From positions 64,001 to 128,000 of the IMG/VR virus record IMGVR_UViG_3300042555_002918: a DNA stretch of 64,000 bases; one strand, given 5' to 3'. Of this stretch, positions 53,217 to 62,740 are shown piece after piece; position 1 is the stretch's first letter; every line of letters starts with the position of its first letter. The notes under the pieces were generated by a model, which was not told the DNA's origin, searched no databases, and was given only the letters and a program-made list of their open reading frames with translations. This DNA comes from a virus. The translations under genes and the position numbers were made by a program.

Positions 53217-55124
53217 CTAAACCCCGACATCCACAATCTCGCAGGAGCCTCCAACACAGGCAAAGTCTCTATCCCCGCCAGTTGTAGTCTCTGCAGTCTC
53301 GTAGCTACGGAGCCCTGACCAATCAATCTCTGTTGGGACCTTGGCCAGGAAGTCTGCATACTGCTCCTGATTTATTGGCTGATATGGAGCTTGCTCATAC
53401 ACATGGTCATCAAACGGCAAGAAGCTTACTCCTGATATCTCGTCAAAGTTATTCCACACCCATGCCTGAACCTCCGGCCATTCGTACTCTTTCACCTGAA
53501 TAGTGACGCTTGGCTTATGTTCGCACCAATAAATTTGATACGTCTTCCAGATCTCTAATTGCTGAATGGCATTAAGACTATCGGAGACAATAGCATCCTT
53601 TGGGGATTCCATCGGAAATGAGAACACAAATACGCTATCTGGCCTCATCTTATCGTCCTCGACCGGAAATCCAGAATCTTTCATGAACTGAGCCAATGGA
53701 TCCTTCTTGTCGGCTCTGACCGTCCGAATGTAATAGTGTGAGAATCGAGTGTGGATGCCCGAAGACGCATTAACTAATTGAGAGACGGTACCCGACGGCT
53801 TTACGCATGTTACTGCCGTGGCCTGATTGATGCCTAGCTTACTCGACCACTCCTTATTAACTGCTACGGCATGGTCTTTAAGCTCTGCGAGGAGGCTAGG
53901 TAGCTTATCAGCATCCACTTGTCCGGACATCATAAGATTATCCATGATTCCGGTGAGGGACACACCAAGAAGGCGCTCCTCTTCGCAGTTCTGGGTCCAT
54001 ACCTTCCTGAGAAATTTGAAGTCGGTAAGGGTCGCTTGAAGGGTGCCAAGTATCGAGGCAATCCTAACCTTTCTGAGTAAAGACTGTTTAGTGTCATTTG
54101 CCCTTACTACAACCTCAGAGAGGTTACAAAATTGCCCGGGGCGCAATATGATCTCTGAGCAGGGGTTACATCCCCAGTCGTTCCGGGGCTCTCGTCTTCC
54201 ACTTCTGGCTACCTGCTTTGCAGATGCAATCCGATTAAAGATCCCACGCTCGCCCGACTTTGAGTCATAGAGCGCGAGCCACTCCCTCATGAATTGTCCA
54301 ACATCAGGCTTTTCGTTGTATACTGCTGAATTATTGGCAAGGGAGCGGTATCCATGTGTCATCCAGAATTGCCCGCTCTTAGCATGTCTCATCAGATCAT
54401 CCGATGGACTCGAAAGCGATATGAGTGCTGAGCGCCTAACTCCTCCAACAACCACAACATCCCCAATCTTACAGACGATGTCATGGACTTCGAGAGAGTT
54501 CAATTTCCGCCCTGCCGCTCCCTTAAATTTCGCGATTGCAAACTCACAAAGTGACTTGAGAGGCTCTGGTCCCGATGCCCTTCCACCGAATGTCTTGAGG
54601 CGAGCTCCGGCTGGTCGAATCTTGGAGTAGTCAATCTTTGGCTCCAGTCCTAAGTACAATAGTGAGATGAGCTCTTTAAACCCCTTTGCCCACCCAATCT
54701 TCGAATCTGCAAACACGATCGTAGTGTCCGTTGGAAAGATATGTTCAGGAACTACAGGAAGCTTAGATACTGCTCCATGCTCTACGGAAAACCCAACTCC
54801 AGTTCCGCACAGAAGGATGTAAAGGACCTCAGACAATGCGACAGGATCATCGATGGAAACGTACGCACAGTTATAGGCACAGACGTTACACCGCTTTGCT
54901 GCCGGTCCGGCCGTCATAAGCAACCGCATAGATGGCATAACCTCAAGGGTCTTTATGGCATTGGCAATCTCTACAGTTGTCTCATCGTCGCAATTCGGCC
55001 TAACTAGAAAATCAACGTAACGGTCAACCGTTTCTTCCCACGTTTCTCGTCTACCAAGGTCATCTCGAAAGCGAGCATATCTGGAGAGTGCAATGAATGT
55101 CTGATAATTTGTTGGGAGGGCCAT
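53217..55124 (-). CDS. nrdJ: Class II (B12-dependent) ribonucleotide reductase, monomeric type
   Basis: RRETWEETV, MPSMR, GTGVGFS, GGVRRSALI, NPCSEI, CNLSE, TCVKPSGT, C-terminal CxxxxC. Confidence 0.93.
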   Translation of the reverse strand: MALPTNYQTFIALSRYARFRDDLGRRETWEETVDRYVDFLVRPNCDDETTVEIANAIKTLEVMPSMRLLMTAGPAAKRCNVCAYNCAYVSIDDPVALSEVLYILLCGTGVGFSVEHGAVSKLPVVPEHIFPTDTTIVFADSKIGWAKGFKELISLLYLGLEPKIDYSKIRPAGARLKTFGGRASGPEPLKSLCEFAIAKFKGAAGRKLNSLEVHDIVCKIGDVVVVGGVRRSALISLSSPSDDLMRHAKSGQFWMTHGYRSLANNSAVYNEKPDVGQFMREWLALYDSKSGERGIFNRIASAKQVARSGRREPRNDWGCNPCSEIILRPGQFCNLSEVVVRANDTKQSLLRKVRIASILGTLQATLTDFKFLRKVWTQNCEEERLLGVSLTGIMDNLMMSGQVDADKLPSLLAELKDHAVAVNKEWSSKLGINQATAVTCVKPSGTVSQLVNASSGIHTRFSHYYIRTVRADKKDPLAQFMKDSGFPVEDDKMRPDSVFVFSFPMESPKDAIVSDSLNAIQQLEIWKTYQIYWCEHKPSVTIQVKEYEWPEVQAWVWNNFDEISGVSFLPFDDHVYEQAPYQPINQEQYADFLAKVPTEIDWSGLRSYETAETTTGGDRDFACVGGSCEIVDVGV

Positions 55125-55264
55125 ATAGGAAATAGATACTCTTCAAACGGATTGTATTTAGACTAGTTGCGGAGGATCGTTCCGCACTACGAGAATAAAA
55201 AAGCAAACACACAACTATTGATTGTGTGTCTGCCTTTCCTGGAACTATTAGAGCAGAGGAAGCG

Positions 55265-55480
55265 CTATGCTGCGCTTGCTTCTCCGGACGAAGTTGCTTC
55301 GTCCTCATCCTCGGCACTTGTGGGTGTACCACGAGTGTTAGACGGGGCCACTGAATCACCAGTACCGACCAGACGAGCCACTTCTCGCCCGTACTTTGTA
55401 ATAATTACGTCACCCGATTGGGCTTGTGAGAGATAAGACTCAAGATTGCGTCGAAGCTCAGTGAGTGTCACTGTATTCAT
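55265..55480 (-). CDS. Orphan Phd/YefM-family antitoxin
   Basis: MNTVTLTELRRNLESYL...VIITKYGREVARLV with acidic tail; no adjacent toxin. Confidence 0.8.
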   Translation of the reverse strand: MNTVTLTELRRNLESYLSQAQSGDVIITKYGREVARLVGTGDSVAPSNTRGTPTSAEDEDEATSSGEASAA

Positions 55481-55521
55481 AAGATCCTCTACAAAACGTT
55501 TATAACGGTTTCGATGCTGCA

Positions 55522-55556
55522 ATGTTCACATAGTAATGGGTGAGCCGAGCATTACC
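55522..55556 (-). promoter_or_regulatory. GGTAATG-class promoter (weak -10)
   Basis: GGTAATGCTCGGC-N16-GAACAT. Confidence 0.65.
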
Positions 55557-55576
55557 TTTTGTTATTTCGTAGACTG

Positions 55577-56092
55577 TTAGAGGGTAGATTTATTCTCGGT
55601 AAGTCCCTTAGAGCCTTGATAGTGGCTCTTGCGTCTCTCATCGCCGTATGGAATCTCAGCCGGGGCGTTCATGCCCTGAAATATAAACTGCGCCACCCTT
55701 CTACCTAATCGCAACTCGTACGGGTCCACTCCCATGTTAATCAGGCAGAATGTAATCCGACCCTCAAAGCCTGGATCGATAAACAGTCCCATCGGTGATA
55801 CAATCATTTGCCGAGCTAGAGAACTTTTGAGACGGACGGAAATTGCAACGTCCGATGGAGTCTTAATGGTTTCCGCCGTGACGACCAAGGCCCTTTCATT
55901 TGGCTGAAGAAATACTGACCCCAAGGAGGAGAGATCCCATTCCTGCCTCTTTCCCCGGTCAGTAGTCGGGTATATTACGACCTGCTCACCAAGGGAAATA
56001 TCGTAGCTTGCCGGGTTTACTGCGTCGGGATTAAATGGCTCAATTCCCCCCTCAGAGCCGAACTTGGTAATCCATGCATCATTTTTTAACAT
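55577..56092 (-). CDS. dcd: dCTP deaminase
   Basis: VNPASYDISL, KSSLAR, IDPGFEGRIT, HYQG. Confidence 0.88.
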   Translation of the reverse strand: MLKNDAWITKFGSEGGIEPFNPDAVNPASYDISLGEQVVIYPTTDRGKRQEWDLSSLGSVFLQPNERALVVTAETIKTPSDVAISVRLKSSLARQMIVSPMGLFIDPGFEGRITFCLINMGVDPYELRLGRRVAQFIFQGMNAPAEIPYGDERRKSHYQGSKGLTENKSTL

Positions 56093-56469
56093 GCTGACCT
56101 CAACAAGTAGACCACCGCACCCCTGTCTAAAAGATCGATAATGGAAGTATCTGGGAGAGCAAACGCGTCATCGGAAAGCTTCCACTTTGCCTGATTCAAG
56201 GTTGGAAATATGTATGCCCCAATCGTCTCTGAATCGTACAAGTGCAGTCGATTCTTTTCCCAAGCCAGGAGCCTGTCATCTCGTTTCAGTTGCAGGTTAT
56301 CTAATCCGGTCCGTGAAAGGAGAAAGAGGTTGGTACTATTAAGAATGTTATCACTCTCGCTCTCAACGCAGGCCAATACCTCCTTGCAAGTCTTCTCTAA
56401 GCCAATCCCTCGTGCTTGATAGTACCCATGGATGATGGTCGCGATTTTTTGCAATAAGTTGTCTGTCAT
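56086..56469 (-). CDS. Hypothetical protein
   Basis: Coupled between gp41 and dcd. Confidence 0.55.
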   Translation of the reverse strand: MTDNLLQKIATIIHGYYQARGIGLEKTCKEVLACVESESDNILNSTNLFLLSRTGLDNLQLKRDDRLLAWEKNRLHLYDSETIGAYIFPTLNQAKWKLSDDAFALPDTSIIDLLDRGAVVYLLRSAC

Positions 56470-56471
56470 GG

Positions 56472-57872
56472 CTAAAAATCAAAATCAGAAAATGTTTTAG
56501 GAGTCTTTTCCCCTCGCATACCCTGTCCAAATCGTGACTTATCAAAGGTTGATGCATCTTCATTGACCTTTCTAGGCGACTCCAAATCGTTTGCCTCGGA
56601 TTGAACCACGTCGTATACGCGCATTTTCTGTTTATCAATTCCGACTATGAACTTATTGTAGAAGTTAATGTCCCCATATCGACTCTTAAGCTGCTTCACA
56701 CGCACATGTTGAGCACGTTGGAGGTTTTCGTCTGCACTGAGCCCCAGGAAAATGTCTGCTGTAAATGGCAATCCCATGGACTCTGAGGTATTTTCAAGTC
56801 CTATATCATCACCCTTGTACCCTTCTCGATTCACCTGCGTACCGGTCCACACGCACGCGTTATACTCAACAGCTAATCCTCTACATTCTTCAGCAACAGC
56901 CTTTACGACCTCGTAACTTTTTCCCTGGCGCACCCGGGATGAGTTCATTAGGTTAAGATAGTCGATACAGATGATGTCAGGCTTGAAATTGTCCTTAAGA
57001 GCCAGGTCTTCAATAATCCGACGAAAGTGGTTGACGGAGACTGTAGCTGGAGGGAACTCGTGAATTTTCAGCCGTCCCTTTATCTTGTCTTGGAGAAAGC
57101 GAATCTTTGCAAAGTACATGCTCTCATCAAGATTAACGAAGTTCTGAATTGGAATATCCAAAAGGTTTGAGTCAATTCTCTGTCGAATCTTGTGTTCGGA
57201 AAGCTCAAGAGTAAGGTAGAGCACATTATACCCATACTGAAGGTACTTCGCGGCAAAGTGACACATGAAAAGGCTCTTTCCGACACCAGTACCCGCAAGC
57301 ATCACATTAAGGGTTTTTCGCTCTACTCCCCCCGATGTGATCTTATTGAACATCTCCAAATCAAAGGGGAGCTTATCCACTTTTTCTTTGTACCAGCTGA
57401 ACTGCTTCTGCGCGTCTCTAAAAAAGTCGTGAGAGCTGGACGGCTCAAATGAAATAGCTAGCGAATCCTGTATCAGCCGTGGAATGTCATACATGGAGAC
57501 CTTGGCGTCCCCTTCAAGAACATCCAATGCCTTGGACACTGAAATTTCGAAATCTGAGGTACGACAGAACTCCTCGGTTTGATTGATAAGCCACTCACTC
57601 TCAATCTCCATCTCCCGGAGAGATGCCATGTACTCATTAAGCTCATCTATATTCTCCTGAGATGGAAGGTTCTTGGAAACGCTAATGACAAGCGCAGCCT
57701 CAGACGGTAGAGCTTTGTATTCGGAGAAGAATCTCAAAGCCTCTTTTACAAGCTCCTTTTCCAAAAGGCTCTTGAAGTACTCCGGCTTTAGGTACGGAAC
57801 AACCTTCACTACAAAGGCCTCATCCGTGATAAAGCCTTTTATTATTGCCTTTTGGATCGTCGGGTAAGTCAT
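56472..57872 (-). CDS. gp41: Replicative DNA helicase
   Basis: LAGTGVGKSLFMCH, TLELSE, IDYLN, TQVNREG, TSES.GLP.TAD, KQLKSRY. Confidence 0.95.
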   Translation of the reverse strand: MTYPTIQKAIIKGFITDEAFVVKVVPYLKPEYFKSLLEKELVKEALRFFSEYKALPSEAALVISVSKNLPSQENIDELNEYMASLREMEIESEWLINQTEEFCRTSDFEISVSKALDVLEGDAKVSMYDIPRLIQDSLAISFEPSSSHDFFRDAQKQFSWYKEKVDKLPFDLEMFNKITSGGVERKTLNVMLAGTGVGKSLFMCHFAAKYLQYGYNVLYLTLELSEHKIRQRIDSNLLDIPIQNFVNLDESMYFAKIRFLQDKIKGRLKIHEFPPATVSVNHFRRIIEDLALKDNFKPDIICIDYLNLMNSSRVRQGKSYEVVKAVAEECRGLAVEYNACVWTGTQVNREGYKGDDIGLENTSESMGLPFTADIFLGLSADENLQRAQHVRVKQLKSRYGDINFYNKFIVGIDKQKMRVYDVVQSEANDLESPRKVNEDASTFDKSRFGQGMRGEKTPKTFSDFDF

Positions 57873-57873
57873 T

Positions 57874-58164
57874 TTAGTACCAATGTACGATTATTCGAGG
57901 TTTCTTACTGTCGGTTCTAAAATCGGTCACCAAGAAGCCCCGAGACTGCAAGAACATGGCTAATGGACACGCCTCTTCCCTGGATATGGTTTGCCCAATA
58001 TCAATGATCGCAGAGGTTTCTCCTTTGCGAGCAGCTTCCATAATAAGACTATCCAGATTCAATTTGCCGAATAGTTTTGAGCCCAGTTCAATTACTACAG
58101 CTCGTACGCTATCGACTTCAATCTCGGGGGAATCCGTCCTATTCCTCTTCGCTTTCATGTCCAA
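57874..58164 (-). CDS. Hypothetical protein (gp40 position)
   Basis: Between uvsX and gp41. Confidence 0.5.
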   Translation of the reverse strand: MDMKAKRNRTDSPEIEVDSVRAVVIELGSKLFGKLNLDSLIMEAARKGETSAIIDIGQTISREEACPLAMFLQSRGFLVTDFRTDSKKPRIIVHWY

Positions 58165-59206
58165 TGATCTCCTCTAACGTTTCGTTATCGTTATCAGCAA
58201 AGCAAAACCTTTGCTTTGCGAACTCCTCGATCTTATTGAGCACGTCCTCCGTGTAGTACTTGTCGGGATGTGCCAATAGTTCTTTTTCGAAGATCTTCGA
58301 GCCATCTGGCATCACTAGCCGAGTGCCATCTTTTTTGATTACGCCTGACTCAACCGCAAGGTCTTGAAGCCCAAAATACCGGTCCAGTCCCCTGGTGTAT
58401 GATAGGTACGCCCGAAGCTCGCTGTACTGCTTCACGTTCCACCCCTTAGCCACTTTGATGTGAAGGATGTTTCCCTGCACTACCTTGTCCGAGTCTGCAT
58501 CCTTTCTCTTGGCGAGTAGAAGAATGATGTCAGCTGCGTATTTGAACCCTCCTCCGCCAGCTACCTCAGTGGTAGGAAACATTCCAGTTGTCTGGTACGT
58601 GTGATTAGTACAGAACATGGGAACTTTGGCTTTAGATAATGGCTGCCGTAATACTCGGAACGCCGACCGCCAGGCCTTTGCTCTTAGTCCCTGGTCACCT
58701 ACCTCCTTATCGGCAGCGGCATCGGCTGTCTCCTTAACCGAAGGCAGCTGAGTGAGGGAATCAGCAACCATCAAAAGAGGAAACCTATCCTTCTCCTCTC
58801 TCTCCCGATAATTTACCAGAATCTGATGATTGACGTTTCGAAACTGCTCAATTGACTCCGGATAGAGCATGAGCACACGAGATACATCTACCCCGCGCTT
58901 TTCGAGCATGTCTTTATCAATGCGCCCTTCGGTGTCATTGTAGATAACTCTTCCCTTGGGATTCTCAGCGAGGAAATTGCGCACGATTTGAATAATTAGA
59001 TAGCTTTTACCAACTGCCTCCAAAGCTGCGAATCCAACTACCTTGTTGGTTGGTGCTCCTCCAAACAAGGAGCCGGAAAGAGCAAGGTTCAAAGTGTAGC
59101 AACCGGTATCGATGAACGTGGTGTTGTCAGCAATCGTTCCATCCTCGGCAACCTTTACAATGTCATCTCCGACAAGCTTTGCGATATCTTTAAAAAAGTC
59201 AGCCAT
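58139..59206 (-). CDS. uvsX: RecA-like recombinase
   Basis: IDTGCYTLNLALSGS, AVGKS, DTEG, TNHTY, GGGGFKYAAD. Confidence 0.93.
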   Translation of the reverse strand: MADFFKDIAKLVGDDIVKVAEDGTIADNTTFIDTGCYTLNLALSGSLFGGAPTNKVVGFAALEAVGKSYLIIQIVRNFLAENPKGRVIYNDTEGRIDKDMLEKRGVDVSRVLMLYPESIEQFRNVNHQILVNYREREEKDRFPLLMVADSLTQLPSVKETADAAADKEVGDQGLRAKAWRSAFRVLRQPLSKAKVPMFCTNHTYQTTGMFPTTEVAGGGGFKYAADIILLLAKRKDADSDKVVQGNILHIKVAKGWNVKQYSELRAYLSYTRGLDRYFGLQDLAVESGVIKKDGTRLVMPDGSKIFEKELLAHPDKYYTEDVLNKIEEFAKQRFCFADNDNETLEEIIGHESEEE

Positions 59207-59218
59207 TTGTCGAACTCC

Positions 59219-59635
59219 TTAGTTTTTTCTTTCCTTCCAAAATCTCTGAAGGTGCATGAACACCCATTGGTCGAAGTGACTCATTTCTCCGCTCACTTGA
59301 AGCTCAATATAATTACTTCCAACCTCAACGATGGGCTTGCCTTCAATCATGAACTTTATTGGGCTCTTTCCTCTTTCAAACTGCGCACCATGAACAAACG
59401 ATGAGATTGATTCATAAATCATCTCGGCAAACTCTTTGCTGGTTTTCTCAGGAAACCGGTCCCTTTCAGTGTGTAAACCGGTGGCAGTCACTGTGGCTAT
59501 CTTACCGTGAGTGCCATGCTCAAAATTGATTGTATGATCAACAACCGACTTCATATCAGACGTGGAATCCAACGATTTATCTTGGCTGTTTACTGGTGGG
59601 ATGTAGCTGTGAAACATGCGTTCCTTAGTCGTCAA
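59219..59635 (-). CDS. Hypothetical protein
   Basis: Coupled to the gp43 stop. Confidence 0.5.
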   Translation of the reverse strand: MTTKERMFHSYIPPVNSQDKSLDSTSDMKSVVDHTINFEHGTHGKIATVTATGLHTERDRFPEKTSKEFAEMIYESISSFVHGAQFERGKSPIKFMIEGKPIVEVGSNYIELQVSGEMSHFDQWVFMHLQRFWKERKN

Positions 59636-62192
59636 AAATGCCCATAACGCTCTTGGGTGCCCCTACTTCGCTCCATCCGGTTGCACGAAGAAGGATATTT
59701 AGCGGTCCAACAAAAACCTTATTGAACTGCCCCTCATAGTCGATCCACTCTCTCAACTGTAGCTCCTTTGGAACTTTGTCCAACATTCCCATTACATGGC
59801 TGCGAAATGGATTTTGCTCCTTTAAATAAAAGAATCTCATACGGTCTCCGGACTTTATCGTGTCGTACTTTCGGTTGAGCTTCTTTTCGGATAGGAATCG
59901 GTTGTATGTAAATGCCGCCGCAACCTGGATGGGCGCTCCGCGCTCTAGGCCCTTTCTGCCCCCGACTTCGACGGTATCTTCAAAGGTGATGCAGTTTTTA
60001 CTGCTCAGGAGAGCCGTATACTTGTCTATGTCGCTTACGTTTATCGGGTAGCTGATGGTTTCTAGGGGAAGGGTTTCAAACTTTTTGCGATAGTCCGAAA
60101 CGAGCCCCTGCAGATCGCTACTTTTCCCCTTGAGAATCACTTCAGTTGCATTATTAAGCCACTCTTTAAAGACCTTGGATGTCGTACTCTTGATCATCTC
60201 AAGCCCCGTTGCCTTTCGCTTAGGCTTTGGATACCTAGTCCCCTCCTTGTCCCAAACCTCCATGAGGTACTTTTTCTTGGATACAAAGATTGTATCTTCC
60301 GCTATCACGTCCCGAACCATATCAAGCTGCTCAGTAAACGTGTTGTATCGATCTCTATGAATAGATAGCCCCTCACGGATCCAGACGTATATCTCTTGGC
60401 AAAATTCCTTGTCGATTCGCTCGACTATTTCAGCTGATGTTAATCCTTTGGGTAAGGAGTCTACGTACGACTTGGCTGATATGTAGAGGGAGTCGGTGTC
60501 CCCGTAGAGAATCGGATCCCCGGCACTTTGATACTTTTCCTGGATGCGCTTTGTTATTGTGTCCTTGACGGTAAGAAGAACAGCTCGACCTGACAGTGTG
60601 ACGCTTCGAGCTAACTCAGTATCATAGAATCGAAAATACTTACTGCCTAGCGAACCGTACGCCGCATTAAGCTGAATCTTTTTGGCACTTTGAAAGTTAT
60701 TATACTTCGTTGCCTCGGCGTCGTACTTTATTCGCTCTTCTGGGGTAGTTGCTTCAATTGCCTTCCTCTGCGCTTCTTTCATTTTGGCTTTATAAGCCAT
60801 GCGATCGTCGAACAGCCGTTTCATAATGTCCCCGAGGAACCCGGCTTTGTCCCTTCTAAAAAGCCATCCAGCCCCAGAGCACGTTGCGTCGAGTTCCTTT
60901 AACATGGACAGGTCTTGGGCACGCGAGACCATTCCCTCTTCGTCGAATTTTACCTTTCCCTCCAGAACGGTATCAATATGACGGGAAATGGTATCCGGAG
61001 ATATGTTGTGTTCCCGTATTAGGGATGGATACAGAGAGGCAAAGTCAAAGTTTACTACCCACTTGTGCTTACCAACTTGAGCCGGGAGAACGAAGGCTCC
61101 CTCATACTTGTCGTTTTTGTCATGCTCAATGAGTGGAGGGACCGCTACCTTTCGCTTCTTAAGCTCATTAAAGGCTATGGTATCCCACATTCTGACTTGC
61201 TGTTGGACGTCAGCAAAATTACACAAGGAATCATATGCGGTAGTAATGACCACATCCGCAAGTTTTAGCTTAGCGTCGAGTTTTTCAACGAGAGCAACGT
61301 CCTGGACGTTATACTCAATAAACTTGTCATAATCTTTTGTATAGAGGTCATGAAGAGTTCCGTCATAATCGACCTTAGTCTCTCCTAGCTCAAGCTCAGC
61401 AACAAACTTAAGAGCATCGCTTTCCGCCTTTGGCATGTAGCGACGGTATAGGTCGATGTAGTCTAACGAAACAATCCCTACGATGTCATAGGTAGCGATT
61501 TGTCTGCCTCTGAAGTTTGCCCGTGTATCCCGAATAATCCCCCAAGGAGACAATGCCTTGGCCGCTCCCTTGCCAACAACGCGATTGATTCGATTGATGA
61601 TGTAGGGAATATCGTACTGATCCGTATTCCAACCAAACAGAATGTCGAAGTCTATGTCATCCCACCATTTCATGAACGCAACAAGCATCTCTCGCTCGTC
61701 TCGGAACTGCTTATACCTCACATCTGGTCGAGTTGGCCTATAGGGCTTCAGGCCAAATACATAGAACTTGTCGCGATATTTGACAGTTATGCTGATGATT
61801 GGTGCATAGGGATCTGAAGGAGGCGAAAACCCATTGGAGCTGTCAACCTCGATATCTAAGGTTACCTTGCGGATAAGGTTCATATCGAAGTCGATTCCGT
61901 CCCCGAACTTGTCGGATAGGTAGGTAAAGTGCCACCGGGTATTTCCAAAAAGATACTGATGCTGCACTGCCTCATTAGAAGACATGAATTTTCGCGCCTC
62001 TTCTATTGAATCAAATGTGAGCTTCTTTACCGGCCGATTTCTGATGGTTCTGTAGGGCGTCTCTTCATTAGTAGGGACAAATAGACTGGGGCTATAGTCC
62101 GTAATTTGCTTCGATACGCGCTTATTATTTTCGTATCCCCTGTAGTAGATACCCTTTATGTTCCCGTAAACGTGCGTGTAGAAGCTGGCCAT
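59625..62192 (-). CDS. gp43: Family B DNA polymerase
   Basis: DIEV, DFASLYP, KIQLNAAYG, YGDTDS, KKKY. Confidence 0.97.
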   Translation of the reverse strand: MASFYTHVYGNIKGIYYRGYENNKRVSKQITDYSPSLFVPTNEETPYRTIRNRPVKKLTFDSIEEARKFMSSNEAVQHQYLFGNTRWHFTYLSDKFGDGIDFDMNLIRKVTLDIEVDSSNGFSPPSDPYAPIISITVKYRDKFYVFGLKPYRPTRPDVRYKQFRDEREMLVAFMKWWDDIDFDILFGWNTDQYDIPYIINRINRVVGKGAAKALSPWGIIRDTRANFRGRQIATYDIVGIVSLDYIDLYRRYMPKAESDALKFVAELELGETKVDYDGTLHDLYTKDYDKFIEYNVQDVALVEKLDAKLKLADVVITTAYDSLCNFADVQQQVRMWDTIAFNELKKRKVAVPPLIEHDKNDKYEGAFVLPAQVGKHKWVVNFDFASLYPSLIREHNISPDTISRHIDTVLEGKVKFDEEGMVSRAQDLSMLKELDATCSGAGWLFRRDKAGFLGDIMKRLFDDRMAYKAKMKEAQRKAIEATTPEERIKYDAEATKYNNFQSAKKIQLNAAYGSLGSKYFRFYDTELARSVTLSGRAVLLTVKDTITKRIQEKYQSAGDPILYGDTDSLYISAKSYVDSLPKGLTSAEIVERIDKEFCQEIYVWIREGLSIHRDRYNTFTEQLDMVRDVIAEDTIFVSKKKYLMEVWDKEGTRYPKPKRKATGLEMIKSTTSKVFKEWLNNATEVILKGKSSDLQGLVSDYRKKFETLPLETISYPINVSDIDKYTALLSSKNCITFEDTVEVGGRKGLERGAPIQVAAAFTYNRFLSEKKLNRKYDTIKSGDRMRFFYLKEQNPFRSHVMGMLDKVPKELQLREWIDYEGQFNKVFVGPLNILLRATGWSEVGAPKSVMGIFDD

Positions 62193-62218
62193 AGGTTTTC
62201 CTTGAAGTGAATGAACCT

Positions 62219-62253
62219 AGGGTAGAGAACTTGAGGGTTTGCCGAGCATTACC
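62219..62253 (-). promoter_or_regulatory. GGTAATG-class promoter for gp43
   Basis: GGTAATGCTCGGC-N16-TACCCT. Confidence 0.8.
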
Positions 62254-62266
62254 CTTGGGGATATTT

Positions 62267-62740
62267 CTATGATTTAGGAAGTTCTCTGATGCCTTGACGA
62301 AAAAGCTTTTCTTCGGCGGCTCTTCGCTTAGTCAATCCTGGCTGTTCTTTCCCATTGTCGAACCTCCAGCGGGAGAACTGCTCGGCGGCTGCATTGAAAT
62401 TCGACATGTTAATCAGTTTCAGGAGGGTCGATTTGGAGAAGTTTCCCGCCCCCAGATTGTAAACAAAGCTGACGAGGGCATCGAACATGGATTGAGAAAT
62501 CTTGACCTTTACGAGGCGCTTAATTGCCTGAACGCTGGACTCTACGTCATGGGCAAGCCATACGTTGGCCTCTTCCTCAGTGCAGATGTCACCCATTTGC
62601 ACTTTTTTACCGTTTGGATATGCCGTTGTTCCCCACCCAATAGTCGGAACTCCCCCGGTATCCAGATACGCTTTCAACCGACACTTGTTGCTGGCCTCAA
62701 AAAGGCGAATGATATCAAATGCTTTAGTTGATGGTTCCAT
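62267..62740 (-). CDS. GH24 lysozyme (endolysin)
   Basis: FEA..AYLDTGGVPTIGWG, FDALVSFVYNLG, GLTKRRAAE. Confidence 0.92.
   Translation of the reverse strand: MEPSTKAFDIIRLFEASNKCRLKAYLDTGGVPTIGWGTTAYPNGKKVQMGDICTEEEANVWLAHDVESSVQAIKRLVKVKISQSMFDALVSFVYNLGAGNFSKSTLLKLINMSNFNAAAEQFSRWRFDNGKEQPGLTKRRAAEEKLFRQGIRELPKS

Noticed and set aside
53217-62192. Introns or inteins in nrdJ, gp41, uvsX or gp43
   Set aside because: ORFs are continuous and of normal length; no intein motifs seen
12739-62253. GCCGAGCATTACC repeats as a CRISPR array, REP element or transposon end
   Set aside because: Copies are dispersed, single, oriented toward genes and at a fixed distance from a -10 hexamer; no spacers or target duplications
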